In this document: positions 1-9,160 of the stretch, one piece after another
Numbering within the stretch: the first letter of the stretch is position 1
Layout: the number at the start of each line of letters is the position of its first letter
Assembly: GCA_030679975.1 (NCBI GenBank)
Contig: JAUXSL010000022.1
Span: 1-54,070, forward strand
Length of the DNA: 54,070 bases
Direction: 5' to 3'
Source: Actinomycetota bacterium
GTDB lineage: Bacteria > Actinomycetota > Aquicultoria > CAJVYJ01 > JAUVQD01
Notes under the pieces: generated by a model
The model's database searches: none
The model's input: the letters and a program-made list of their open reading frames with translations, nothing else
Told to the model about the DNA's origin: nothing
Translations under genes and position numbers: made by a program

Positions 1-414
1 ATTGATCGGTTGCTCGATGTCTATCTCGATGGTGCTTTAGAGGAAGCGGAATTTAAGCGCAAGAAGAACACGTTAATGGAAGCTAAAGCGCAAATCGAGC
101 AACGGATTAATGATTTCGAGCGCCAAGGCGACAATCGGCTCGAACTCACCCGGAATTGGGTCATTGAGGCTTCTAGCTTGGAAGATACTGTGCGCCAAAG
201 AAATCTCGCAGCTCTGCGAGATTTCCTTAAAATCAACGGCTCGAACCGCCGCTTGACCGAGGGAGTTCTGGGAGTAAACTTGAAAAGCCCCTGGTCTTAT
301 ATGGCGCGCGCTAATATCCGAGCCCGGGCCGAAGGCCCGGGCGAGTCACTTAATCGCTTATGGTGGGCCGGGAGGGACTTGAACCCTCACGCTCTTACGA
401 GCAACGGATTTTAA
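1..414 (+). CDS. Large serine recombinase, C-terminal fragment (N-terminal part lies upstream of the window)
   Basis: Frame 1 is open from nt 1. The sequence IDRLLDVYLDG..EAEFKRKKNTLMEAKAQIEQRINDFE is a coiled-coil tail typical of large serine recombinase C-termini. There is no in-frame stop until 412-414, so the frame reads into the tRNA-Leu gene. Confidence 0.5.
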   Translation: MDRLLDVYLDGALEEAEFKRKKNTLMEAKAQIEQRINDFERQGDNRLELTRNWVIEASSLEDTVRQRNLAALRDFLKINGSNRRLTEGVLGVNLKSPWSYMARANIRARAEGPGESLNRLWWAGRDLNPHALTSNGF

Positions 415-447
415 GTCCGTTGTGTCTGCCGATTCCACCACCGGCCC
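361..447 (-). tRNA. tRNA-Leu (anticodon UAA), class II with long variable arm, CCA encoded
   Basis: The reverse complement reads GGGCCGG..ACGGA-CTTAAAA-TCCGT..variable arm..GAGGG-TTCAAGT-CCCTC-CCGGCCC-A-CCA. It has a 7-bp acceptor stem, a TAA anticodon and a T-loop. Confidence 0.9.
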
Positions 448-531
448 GCGCCGCCAGGCGCCCCTTCTTACTTTTTACGGTTTACTCAAGGGCTTGTCCG
501 TCAGCCTTGACAGCATAGCAAAGTGGGGGGC

Positions 532-1443
532 TCAGCTCAACGCCACCCCGTCTAAGATATCGCGCTCGCTGACGAGGACATAGTCAAATTTGAAGAAAGT
601 CATTATCTCCAGAAGTATCGCTGCGCCGGAAATAATTACGTCGGCTCGATCCGGCTCGAGCCCGACTATCTCTTTTCGCCCCGCCAGCGGCAGGGAGGCG
701 AGCATTTCCAACTGCCGGGCGACGGTGTCGCGGCTGAGTTTATATCTATGCACTTTGTCGCGGTCGTAAACGGCCAATTTCAACTCGATCGCCGCCAGAC
801 TTGTCGGCGTGCCGGCAACAGCGATCGGGACGGCGCCTGCCCCGACAGCGTGGCTGAAGTTGTCGTCAAGGCTTCGGCGAACGTTCAGCCTTAAAGCCGT
901 TATCTCGCCGGGCGGCGGCGGGTCGGCGGTAAAAAAAGCCTCCGTCAGGCGGACGCAGCCGAGCGGCAGGCTTCTTAAACGTTTTGGACCTTGATCGTCG
1001 CCCAAGATGATCTCGGTCGAGCCGCCGCCGATATCGATGACGAGAAACTTCGGACCAAGGGCGCGAGTGTCTTCATCGGCCAAAACGCCCTTATACGTCA
1101 GGGCGGCTTCGTCCTCCCCGGCTATTATCTCCGGCATGACGTTTAGTATCTCGACTGCGGGGACCAGGAGATCGGCGGCGTTGCCGGCGTCGCGCATGGC
1201 GCTGGTGGCGACCGCTCTGATAGCGTCAGCCTGCCTGGCGCCGGCGATCTTCGCATAATCACGCAATACTTCAAGGGTTCGCTCGACGGCCGGCGCGCTT
1301 AGTCGGCCGGCGCCGTTGACGCCCCGGCCCAGGCGCGTAATTACCGATTGCCGGTAAAGCTCTTTGGTGATGACCCCGTCGTTTACCGCAGCTACCAGCA
1401 ACCGGGTCGAGTTCGTGCCGATATCGATGGCCGCGACTATCAC
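532..1443 (-). CDS. ppx: Ppx/GppA family exopolyphosphatase
   Basis: 303-aa ORF with the actin-like ATPase motifs AIDIGTNSTRLLV and IDIGGGSTE. Confidence 0.85.
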   Translation of the reverse strand: MIVAAIDIGTNSTRLLVAAVNDGVITKELYRQSVITRLGRGVNGAGRLSAPAVERTLEVLRDYAKIAGARQADAIRAVATSAMRDAGNAADLLVPAVEILNVMPEIIAGEDEAALTYKGVLADEDTRALGPKFLVIDIGGGSTEIILGDDQGPKRLRSLPLGCVRLTEAFFTADPPPPGEITALRLNVRRSLDDNFSHAVGAGAVPIAVAGTPTSLAAIELKLAVYDRDKVHRYKLSRDTVARQLEMLASLPLAGRKEIVGLEPDRADVIISGAAILLEIMTFFKFDYVLVSERDILDGVALS

Positions 1444-1904
1444 TGGCCCGCACAGATACGGCAGTCAGAGGGCATAGGCGCCGACTCCAGCACTTTTTTG
1501 CCGATGGGATTAAGGCCGGCGGCCAGATAGTCGGCGGCATGGGCGTGGAGACATTTAAGGCGGAGGGGGTCGCTATTGCCGGCGATGCCCACATCCCCAA
1601 GCGCGGCCCCGCCGGCGCGTGCATGTCGATAGGCGAGATCGCTGGCGAGCAAGGCCGCCCGCGTCTTTGGCGATTGCAAAAGCCGCTCGAAAGCAGCCAC
1701 AGCGCCGGCGGCCTCGAGGCGCGAGATATCAGCGCAAAGCGCTGGACAAGTGAGCCAATAAAGGGTCGGGAAGGGCGAACCATCCCTGGTAACAGGTGCG
1801 TTCCTGACGACCACCGGGAATCCGCCGGGGCACCTCGAGGCAGGCGCCATGTTACAGGTCAATTCCCGACCCAGTTGCCGGGTGACTACCTCTACATCAT
1901 CCAT
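1440..1904 (-). CDS. DUF501 domain protein
   Basis: 154-aa ORF with a 4-nt overlap with the ppx start. The FPTLYWLTCP-type sequence and the position upstream of ppx match the actinobacterial arrangement. Confidence 0.7.
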   Translation of the reverse strand: MDDVEVVTRQLGRELTCNMAPASRCPGGFPVVVRNAPVTRDGSPFPTLYWLTCPALCADISRLEAAGAVAAFERLLQSPKTRAALLASDLAYRHARAGGAALGDVGIAGNSDPLRLKCLHAHAADYLAAGLNPIGKKVLESAPMPSDCRICAGQ

Positions 1905-1914
1905 AGTTGTAGTG

Positions 1915-1942
1915 TAACAAAAAACCCGCCTATTCAGACGGG
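1915..1942 (-). terminator. Rho-independent terminator downstream of the S1-domain gene
   Basis: The minus strand reads CCCGTC-TGAATA-GGCGGG followed by TTTTTTGTT. Confidence 0.5.
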
Positions 1943-1960
1943 TGATTACCTATTTTCTCT

Positions 1961-2005
1961 GGATTCCCGCTTCCGCGGGAATGACATGCTTCGCGGGAAT
2001 GACAC
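1961..2005 (-). repeat. Palindromic hairpin repeat unit (GTCATTCCCGCGGAAGCGGGAATC) plus an adjacent half copy
   Basis: 1961-1986 is the reverse complement of the unit also seen at 7142-7165 and 42141-42165. 1987-2005 repeats the half-unit gcttcgcgggaatgaca. Confidence 0.8.
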
Positions 2006-2041
2006 ATCTTGATTGGGCCGCGTGGCGCCGTGACGGCTGTG

Positions 2042-2440
2042 CTACGCCCGCTTCGACATGCGGTTTCTTTTGATATCCGCCAACCTTTGTTCGCTGGATT
2101 TCAGGTAGCCCTTCAACATTTTCTCGAAACCCGGGTCGCGGTGGCTCCTGACGCTTTTTCTCTCCGCCTGCTGCGGCTCGGTGGTCTGCTTTATAGAGAG
2201 TGTCAGCTTACCATCGTCTTTGACCCCGACGACCTTAACTTCAACTACCTGGTCTTCGGTGATAAAGTCGCGAACATCTTTGACAAATGAATGGTCGATC
2301 TCGGAAATATGGAGCAGACCGGAGTTACCGTCCGGTAAATCCAAAAAAGCTCCGAAGTTCGTAATTTTTACGACTTTTCCTTCGACTACTGCGCCTAACT
2401 CTATGCTGTCGGGTTTTTCATTGCGTACCAAGATTGGCAA
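2042..2440 (-). CDS. S1 RNA-binding domain protein (YabR/general stress protein 13-like)
   Basis: 132 aa with the S1 OB-fold signature GKVVKITNFGAFLDL..GLLHISE. Confidence 0.8.
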   Translation of the reverse strand: MPILVRNEKPDSIELGAVVEGKVVKITNFGAFLDLPDGNSGLLHISEIDHSFVKDVRDFITEDQVVEVKVVGVKDDGKLTLSIKQTTEPQQAERKSVRSHRDPGFEKMLKGYLKSSEQRLADIKRNRMSKRA

Positions 2441-2470
2441 ATTATCGCAGCCTGCGGATGTACTGTCAAG

Positions 2471-4513
2471 CTACTTAAGGAAAATTGGCGCAAAAACTAG
2501 TGAAACGACAGTCATTACTTTAATCAATATGTTCATGGACGGGCCCGCCGTGTCTTTAAAGGGGTCGCCCACGGTATCGCCGACGATAGCCGCCGCGTGT
2601 TCCGGCGAACCTTTGCCGCCGACGTTTCCTTCTTCAATATATTTCTTGGCGTTATCCCAGGCGCCGCCGGAATTGGCCATCATGATGGCGAGCAAAAAGC
2701 CGGAGACCAGGGCGCCGGCCAGAAAACCGCCGAGAGCGGTCTTATCCCACAGGCCGATAGCGATAGGGCTAAAGACAGTCAGGGCGCCGGGAACGAGCAT
2801 TTCTCTGAGCGCCGCCGCCGTGCTGATATCGACGCATTTCGCGTAGTCGGCGTTGGCTCCTTCCTTGCCCTCTCTGAGGCCGGCTATCTCGCGGAATTGG
2901 CGCCTCACTTCTTCGATCATCTTGAAAGCGGCGCGGCCCACGGCCTTAATGGCCATTGAGGCGAAGAGGAACGGGAACATCCCGCCCAGGAAGAGGCCGA
3001 CAACTACCTGATACTGAGTCAAGTCGATCGATGTAATATGGGCGACCTCGGTGTATGCCTTAAACAAAGCCAGAGCGGTAACGGCGGCCGAGGCTACCGC
3101 GAACCCTTTGGCGATGGCGGCGGTCGTGTTGCCGACGGAGTCGAGGTTGTCCGTTATCTTTCTGACTTCCGGCGGTTCTCCGGACATCTCGGCGATGCCG
3201 CCGGCGTTATCGGCGATAGGGCCGTAGGCGTCGACGGCGACGACGATGCCGGTGGTGCTGAGCATGCCGATGGCCGATAAGGCAATGGCGTAAATGCCGC
3301 CGCCGAGCATGGCCCATTCGCCGGCTTTAAACGCCGCCGCGATCGCCGCCACCAAGATGATTATCGACCAGGCGGTGCTGCGCATGCCGCTGGCCAGGCC
3401 GCCAAGGATTACGGTGGCCGCGCCGGTGCGGGCGCTCTCGGCGATTTCTTTGACCGCCTTAAAGCTGGATGAAGTATATATTTCGGAAATCTGGCCGATG
3501 GCCATGCCGGCTGCCAGGCCGGCGACGATAGCGACAAAAAAACCGACCGGATTGACGACTTCCGACACCCCGCCAAGCATGGTCGTGACCAGGAAGTAGG
3601 AGGCTACGACAGTTATGCCCGCGGCGCCGTAAGTGCCGGCGCTCAGCGCCCGCCCGGCGTTGCCGCCCTCTTTGGAGCGGACAAAAAAGCAGGCGACAGC
3701 CGAAGCGATCATCCCGACGGCGGCTATCATTAACGGCAAAAGCATACCGGTAGCCGGGTTTGATTTTAAGAGGATGGCGCCAAGCGCTATCGGGGCCACG
3801 ATGGAGCCGACATAAGATTCGTAAAGGTCGGCGCCCATACCGGCCACGTCGCCGACATTATCCCCGACATTATCGGCGATGACCGCGGGGTTACGCGGGT
3901 CGTCTTCCGGGATGCCGGCTTCGACTTTGCCGACCAGGTCGGCGCCGACGTCGGCCGCTTTCGTGTAGATACCGCCGCCGACACGGGCGAAAAGCGCGAT
4001 GGAACTGGCGCCCAAGCCGAAGCCGGCGATAGTTTGAGCCGCCTGCTGGAACGGCATCTTGACCACATTTACAAAGATAATAAAAGAGAGGCTCATTCCG
4101 ATCAGACCAAGCCCGGCGACTGTCAGGCCCATGACGGCGCCGCCCCGAAACGCCACTTTGAGGGCTTTGCTAAGGCCGGATTTGGCCGCGTGGGTTGTGC
4201 GTGAGTTGGCCCGCGTCGCGATAGTCAGGCCGACAAAGCCGGCGGTCCCGGAGAAGATGGCTCCGACTAAATAAGCGCCGGCCGTGTACGGCTGGCGGAG
4301 CCAGAATAATATGAGTCCGGCGACGAATAGTAGGAAGATGGCAATGGCCTGGTATTCCCGGGTGAGAAAAGCCATTGCGCCCTCCTGGATGTGTTTGGAT
4401 ATCTCAACCATCTTTTCCGAACCCGGGTCCTGCTGCAAGACCCAGAAAGCAAAAAATGCGGCGACCCCTAAGCCGACCGCGCCCGCAAGCAGACCGTAAA
4501 CCGCCAGATCCAT
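2471..4513 (-). CDS. hppA: Membrane-bound proton/sodium-translocating pyrophosphatase
   Basis: 680-aa polytopic membrane protein with the motifs [27 protein letters not shown] and [14 protein letters not shown]. Confidence 0.95.
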   Translation of the reverse strand: MDLAVYGLLAGAVGLGVAAFFAFWVLQQDPGSEKMVEISKHIQEGAMAFLTREYQAIAIFLLFVAGLILFWLRQPYTAGAYLVGAIFSGTAGFVGLTIATRANSRTTHAAKSGLSKALKVAFRGGAVMGLTVAGLGLIGMSLSFIIFVNVVKMPFQQAAQTIAGFGLGASSIALFARVGGGIYTKAADVGADLVGKVEAGIPEDDPRNPAVIADNVGDNVGDVAGMGADLYESYVGSIVAPIALGAILLKSNPATGMLLPLMIAAVGMIASAVACFFVRSKEGGNAGRALSAGTYGAAGITVVASYFLVTTMLGGVSEVVNPVGFFVAIVAGLAAGMAIGQISEIYTSSSFKAVKEIAESARTGAATVILGGLASGMRSTAWSIIILVAAIAAAFKAGEWAMLGGGIYAIALSAIGMLSTTGIVVAVDAYGPIADNAGGIAEMSGEPPEVRKITDNLDSVGNTTAAIAKGFAVASAAVTALALFKAYTEVAHITSIDLTQYQVVVGLFLGGMFPFLFASMAIKAVGRAAFKMIEEVRRQFREIAGLREGKEGANADYAKCVDISTAAALREMLVPGALTVFSPIAIGLWDKTALGGFLAGALVSGFLLAIMMANSGGAWDNAKKYIEEGNVGGKGSPEHAAAIVGDTVGDPFKDTAGPSMNILIKVMTVVSLVFAPIFLK

Positions 4514-4607
4514 ATGTGACCCCTCTCCAATACTAGATAAGCAATGCCTTATATGCCATTTGGTCTATACAATATAGCAATGCCGACTGTCAAGTTAGCG
4601 CATGGTC

Positions 4608-5705
4608 TTAAACCATCCAAGCCTTCGGCACAAATAAAGATAGATACGTCTTGATGGCGAAGCGATCCGTCATGCCGGCTACGTAATCGACCACATGGAT
4701 AGCTACGTCATCGCCGGGGCCGGGTCTAAACTCAGCCGGCATCTCATCCGGATGGTCGAAATAGTAGTCGAATAGCGACCGGACGATCAACTCGGCTTTG
4801 GCGTCCTCGGTTTTTGCGTCGGAATCCGTGTAGACTCTGGCGAATAAGAAATCGCGCAGTTCGTTCATGTGAAGCAGGCCGGCATCGCTCATAGCTATCG
4901 TATCCCGGCCGGCGCTGACGGCGATCATGTCATTAACCATAGCGTTGATACGCAGGCCATGATGGCGCCCGAAGAACTTGACCGGTTCCGGCGGCAACTC
5001 GGCCTCCGTGATGATCCCGCCTCGAACCGCATCGTCGATATCATGGTTTATGTACGCGATCCGGTCGGCTGTTCTGACGATTTGGCCCTCTAAAGTCGCC
5101 GGCAACGTATCGCCGGTGTGATTTAAGATACCGTCGCGCACTTCCCAGGTCAGATTTAGACCGGCGCCCTCGTATTCGATAACGTCGATCACCCTGAGGC
5201 TCTGCTCGTTGTGCTTAAAGGGTTTACCGAGCTTGCCGGTGGCGCGCAAAGCGTCTTCGCCGACGTGGCCGAAGGGAGTGTGTCCGAGATCGTGGCCTAA
5301 GGCGATGGCTTCCGTCAGGTCCTCGTTTAAGGCCAGGGCGCGGGCGATGGTGCGGGATATCTGGCTTACCTCCAGCGTATGGGTCAAACGAGTGCGGTAG
5401 TGGTCCCCTTCCGGGGCCAGAAATACCTGGGTCTTGTGGGTCAAGCGCCTAAAAGCCTTTGAATGAAGGATTCGGTCGCGATCGCGCTGGTAGCATGTGC
5501 GCACAGGGTCGTCGGGTATCTCTTTAGCCCGCCCCCGGCTGGCGGCGGCCCGTTGGGCGTATGGCGACAGTCGCTCCCGCTCAGCTTGCTCGCTTATTTC
5601 ACGCGGGTTTTGACCATCGGCATGCATGCGCAAAATTATATCACTTAAGAAACCACGAAGCGCCCATTGGCTTGTCATCGTTTTACCCGGGTTGCGAGAG
5701 GGCAT
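4608..5705 (-). CDS. dgt: dGTP triphosphohydrolase-like HD-domain protein
   Basis: 365 aa with the HD motif region RLTHTLEV...GHDLGHTPFGH and a dGTPase-like C-terminus. Confidence 0.85.
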   Translation of the reverse strand: MPSRNPGKTMTSQWALRGFLSDIILRMHADGQNPREISEQAERERLSPYAQRAAASRGRAKEIPDDPVRTCYQRDRDRILHSKAFRRLTHKTQVFLAPEGDHYRTRLTHTLEVSQISRTIARALALNEDLTEAIALGHDLGHTPFGHVGEDALRATGKLGKPFKHNEQSLRVIDVIEYEGAGLNLTWEVRDGILNHTGDTLPATLEGQIVRTADRIAYINHDIDDAVRGGIITEAELPPEPVKFFGRHHGLRINAMVNDMIAVSAGRDTIAMSDAGLLHMNELRDFLFARVYTDSDAKTEDAKAELIVRSLFDYYFDHPDEMPAEFRPGPGDDVAIHVVDYVAGMTDRFAIKTYLSLFVPKAWMV

Positions 5706-5714
5706 AAGTCTCTT

Positions 5715-7097
5715 GTGACTGATCGATACGATTTGCTAATAGTGGGCGGCGGCACAGGCGGTTACTCGGCCGCGTTTAGAGCGCGCGAGCTGGGCTTAAG
5801 CGCCGCCATCATCGAACGCGATAAGCTCGGCGGCACCTGCGTCCATCGTGGCTGCATTCCGACTAAATCCCTGCTTCACACGGCTGAACTGCTGGAACAA
5901 ACAAGGCAGGCCGGCCGGTTTGGCATTCATGCGGACGATGCGAGAGTGGACTTCGAGGAGGTCCTTAAAGCCAAGAACGAGGTCGTCGCCTCTATCTACC
6001 AGGGTTTGTGGGAGCTCGTAAAAGGCCGGCAGGTCGACTTAATAAAAGGCGAGGGCCGCCTCTTGGCGGGCGATGAGGTCGCGGTCGGTACGGAGCAGGG
6101 TGTCCGGCGCTTGGGTTTTAAGCACCTGGTATTAGCTACAGGTTCCAAGCCTAAGATACCGCCCGGCGTGACCGTTGACGGGGAAGTCGTTATCACCAGC
6201 GACCATGCCTTAAATTTAGAGAGCGTTCCCCGGTCGGTGATCGTGCTGGGCGGCGGCTACGTAGGCGTGGAATTCGCCTCCCTGTGGCGCAGCTTTGGCG
6301 CGGACGTGACGCTGGTGGAGATGGAGCCGGCGCTAATGGGCCGGGAAGATGCTGAGATAACGGCGGCGTTGACCCGGGCGCTCGAGGGCCGGGGCATAAA
6401 GCTGATGCTCGGGTCCCGCGTCGAGTCGGTCAGCCGCAACGGTCAGCTTCGCGTCGAGGTGGCGACAACAGCCGGGACGCAGGTTCTGCGGGCCGAAAAG
6501 ATGCTGGTCGCCGTGGGCAGGCAGCCGGTTGCCGACGGACTGCGGGAGGCAGGGGTCAAGATCGGCAAGCAGGGCGCGGTGGTCGACTCGAACCTGCAAA
6601 CATCCAGGCCTCGCGTTTACGCGGTCGGCGATCTTCTGCCGACACCGCAATTGGCCCACGCGGCCTTTGCCGAAGGCATTTTTGTCGCTGAAGTCATAAG
6701 CGGCTTAAACCCGGAGCCTGTCGACTACAACGCCGTGGCGCATTGCGTCTACAGTTTTCCCGAGATGGCCTCGGTTGGTTTGACGGAGGCGGCGGCCGGA
6801 GAAAAAAGCCAGCCGGTCAAGATAGTCAGGGTGCCTTTTAAAATCAACTCAAGAGCGCGCATCGCCAACGAAGATATCGGTGAAACTAAAATCGTCGCTG
6901 AAGAGGGCGGGCGGGTCCTTGGCATCCATATGGTCGGGGCCAAGGTAACCGAGATGATATCGGAAGCCATGCTTGTCATTGGCTGGGATGCGCAGGCCGA
7001 TGATGTGGCGCGCTTTCTTCATCCCCATCCCACATATTCCGAGGCGATAGGGGAAGCGAGCTTGAAGCTCGCGGGGAAGCCGTTGCATTTGTTGTAA
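5715..7097 (+). CDS. lpdA: Dihydrolipoyl dehydrogenase (E3)
   Basis: Has the FAD motif GGGTGGY, the redox-active disulfide GGTCVHRGCIPTK, an NAD fold and a dimerisation domain. I chose the GTG at 5715 to avoid the long overlap with dgt. The ORF track starts at 5667. Confidence 0.9.
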   Translation: MTDRYDLLIVGGGTGGYSAAFRARELGLSAAIIERDKLGGTCVHRGCIPTKSLLHTAELLEQTRQAGRFGIHADDARVDFEEVLKAKNEVVASIYQGLWELVKGRQVDLIKGEGRLLAGDEVAVGTEQGVRRLGFKHLVLATGSKPKIPPGVTVDGEVVITSDHALNLESVPRSVIVLGGGYVGVEFASLWRSFGADVTLVEMEPALMGREDAEITAALTRALEGRGIKLMLGSRVESVSRNGQLRVEVATTAGTQVLRAEKMLVAVGRQPVADGLREAGVKIGKQGAVVDSNLQTSRPRVYAVGDLLPTPQLAHAAFAEGIFVAEVISGLNPEPVDYNAVAHCVYSFPEMASVGLTEAAAGEKSQPVKIVRVPFKINSRARIANEDIGETKIVAEEGGRVLGIHMVGAKVTEMISEAMLVIGWDAQADDVARFLHPHPTYSEAIGEASLKLAGKPLHLL

Positions 7098-7141
7098 AGA
7101 AATCAGAGATCAGAGATCAGAAATCGGGAGTACGGGGGCTT

Positions 7142-7165
7142 GTCATTCCTGCGGAAGCAGGAATC
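7142..7165 (+). repeat. Palindromic hairpin repeat unit, compensatory variant (GTCATTCCTGCGGAAGCAGGAATC)
   Basis: Same unit as at 1961-1986 and 42141-42165, with a paired C>T / G>A change that keeps the 8-bp stem intact. Confidence 0.8.
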
Positions 7166-7192
7166 TATGGAGTCGGAAGGCGGGAGAGGAAA

Positions 7193-8152
7193 TTGGAACC
7201 AACTAAAGAGCAACTGATGGATATGTATTACTACATGCTCCTGGGCCGGGCCTTTGAAGAGCGTCTGGAGGCCCTCTACCGGCAAGGCCGTATCCCGGGG
7301 GCGATCTATCTGGGGCGGGGGCAGGAAGCCTCGTACATCGGCAGCGCATATGCGCTTAAGACCGGGGATGTGATAGCCCCGACTCATCGGGATATGATGG
7401 CGATGTTGCCGCGCGGCATGGATGTTAAGTCGATAATGGCCCAGCACTACGGAAAAGTAACGGGGCCGACCAGGGGGCGGGGCGAGGCGGATTATCTGGG
7501 CGATTTGAGTAAGGGCATCTTTACCACGGTCAGCATGCTGCCGGATTTTTATCCCGTGGCGGCCGGGGCGGCCCTGGCTTTTAAATATCGGGGTGAAGAT
7601 AGGGTGGCCTTGGCCTATTGCGGCGACGGAGCGACCAGCCGCGGCGACTGGCACGAGGCTCTGAATTTAGCGGCCGTCATGAATCTGCCGGTGGTCTTTT
7701 TCGTAATTAACAATAAATATGCCTATTCAACGCCGAATGAGAATGAAATGAAGATAGCCGACATAGCGGACCGCGCGGCGGGATACGGGATTCCCGGCCG
7801 GACGGTCGATGGCAACGACGTTTTAGCTGTGCATGAAGCCACGCTGGCGGCTGTGGACAATGCCCGGACAGAGCGGGGTCCGAGCTTGATCGAAGCTAAA
7901 ACTATGCGGATGCGCGGCCATGCCGGTCACGACCCTTATGACTATGTGCCTAAAGCCTCGCTCGAGGAGTGGGAAAAGAAAGATCCGATCAAGCGATATG
8001 AAGAGTATTTGACGGGGCTGGACTGGTTTAATGACGACGAGCGCGAGGTTTTAGCTACTCGGGTCGGCAACGAAATAAAGGACGCGGTTGATTTTGCGGA
8101 AGCGAGCCCCCTCCCCGATCCAAGCGAGGTGACGACCGGTGTCTATCACTGA
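7193..8152 (+). CDS. 2-oxoacid dehydrogenase E1 component, alpha subunit (TPP-dependent; substrate not assignable)
   Basis: 319 aa with a TPP-binding region (YCGDGATSRGDWHEALN...LPVVFFVINN). TTG start. Confidence 0.85.
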   Translation: MEPTKEQLMDMYYYMLLGRAFEERLEALYRQGRIPGAIYLGRGQEASYIGSAYALKTGDVIAPTHRDMMAMLPRGMDVKSIMAQHYGKVTGPTRGRGEADYLGDLSKGIFTTVSMLPDFYPVAAGAALAFKYRGEDRVALAYCGDGATSRGDWHEALNLAAVMNLPVVFFVINNKYAYSTPNENEMKIADIADRAAGYGIPGRTVDGNDVLAVHEATLAAVDNARTERGPSLIEAKTMRMRGHAGHDPYDYVPKASLEEWEKKDPIKRYEEYLTGLDWFNDDEREVLATRVGNEIKDAVDFAEASPLPDPSEVTTGVYH

Positions 8153-9158
8153 ACAGAAAGCGGCGGCGGGCATGGAGCTCCAAAGCCAAGAGTCAACCTA
8201 TCTCGACGCGATCAACCAAGCGCTTCGGGAAGCGATGGAAGAGGACAGCAGAGTCTTTATCATCGGCGAAGATGTCGGTGTTTATGGCGGCGCTTTTAAG
8301 GTGACCAAAGGCCTATTCGATAAGTTCGGGGCCAAGCGCGTAATCGATTCGCCTCTCTGTGAATCCGGGTTTATCGGGGCCGCCGTGGGCGCGGCGTTGA
8401 TGGGCCTGCGGCCGGTCGTGGAAGTCCAATATGCTGATTTCATCTCTTGCGGCTGGGACCAGATCGTCAACGTGGCCGCAAAAATCCATTATCGAACCGG
8501 AGACCCGGTGCCGCTTGTCATCAGAGCCCCGTCCGGCGCCGGTCTGCGCGCCGGCCCGTTTCATTCCCAGAGCCCGGAAGGGTGGTTCGCGCACACGCCC
8601 GGTCTAAAAGTTGTGGCCCCGGCGACGCCTTTTGACGCCAGAGGTATGCTCAAGAGCGCGATCCTGGAGGAAAATCCCGTGATTTTCTTTGAGCACAAAT
8701 ACCTCTACCGGCGTCTTAAAGAACGGCTGCCTAAGGAAGCCTATGAAGTGCCGCTCGGAAAGGCGCTTGTACGGCGGGAAGGGAACGACGTTACGGTTAT
8801 TTCTTATGGGGCGATGCTTCATAAAGCTATCGAGGCGGCTGAAGGTTTGGCGGAAAAATCTATCTCAGTCGAGGTGGTGGATGTCAGAACGCTAACGCCG
8901 CTCGATCGCGAGACGTTGGTCGGCAGCGTTAAGAAGACCGGCAAGGCTGTGGTTGTTTGTGAAGATAATTTTTCCTATGGTGTGGCGGCTGAATTGACGG
9001 CGACGATAAGCGAAGCGGCCTTTGAGTATCTGGACGGACCGATCGTCCGGATAGCCCCGCCGGACACCCCCATCCCTTTCAGCCCGCCGCTCGAAGACGC
9101 CTATTTGCCACAAGTCGTTGATATAACCGCCGCGATAGAGAAACTGGCGAGGTACTAG
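8139..9158 (+). CDS. 2-oxoacid dehydrogenase E1 component, beta subunit
   Basis: 339 aa, transketolase-like pyrimidine-binding and C-terminal domains. Overlaps the E1 alpha stop. Confidence 0.9.
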   Translation: MSITEQKAAAGMELQSQESTYLDAINQALREAMEEDSRVFIIGEDVGVYGGAFKVTKGLFDKFGAKRVIDSPLCESGFIGAAVGAALMGLRPVVEVQYADFISCGWDQIVNVAAKIHYRTGDPVPLVIRAPSGAGLRAGPFHSQSPEGWFAHTPGLKVVAPATPFDARGMLKSAILEENPVIFFEHKYLYRRLKERLPKEAYEVPLGKALVRREGNDVTVISYGAMLHKAIEAAEGLAEKSISVEVVDVRTLTPLDRETLVGSVKKTGKAVVVCEDNFSYGVAAELTATISEAAFEYLDGPIVRIAPPDTPIPFSPPLEDAYLPQVVDITAAIEKLARY

Positions 9159-9160
9159 AG

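Noticed and set aside
1-414. The serine recombinase fragment as the missing integron integrase.
   Set aside because: Integron integrases are tyrosine recombinases located next to attI. This gene is a serine recombinase 20 kb away, next to a tRNA gene.
2181-4499. Numerous 60-220-aa ORFs antisense to or overlapping hppA and the S1 gene (for example 2181-2846 +, 3787-4068 -).
   Set aside because: These are shadow ORFs, as expected in GC-rich coding sequence. They show no motifs and lie entirely within a confidently assigned gene. The same applies to similar shadow ORFs throughout the window, for example 27001-27558 +, 29628-30269 -, 46613-47293 - and 16766-17434 -.
4538-4584. The direct repeat ta(a)gcaatgcc at 4538-4548 and 4575-4584, upstream of hppA, as a possible operator pair.
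   Set aside because: There are only two ~10-nt copies near a plausible promoter. That is not enough to separate a regulatory site from chance.
5667-5714. An upstream extension of lpdA that overlaps the dgt start.
   Set aside because: The FAD-binding fold starts right after the GTG at 5715. The extension looks like an artefact of the open frame.
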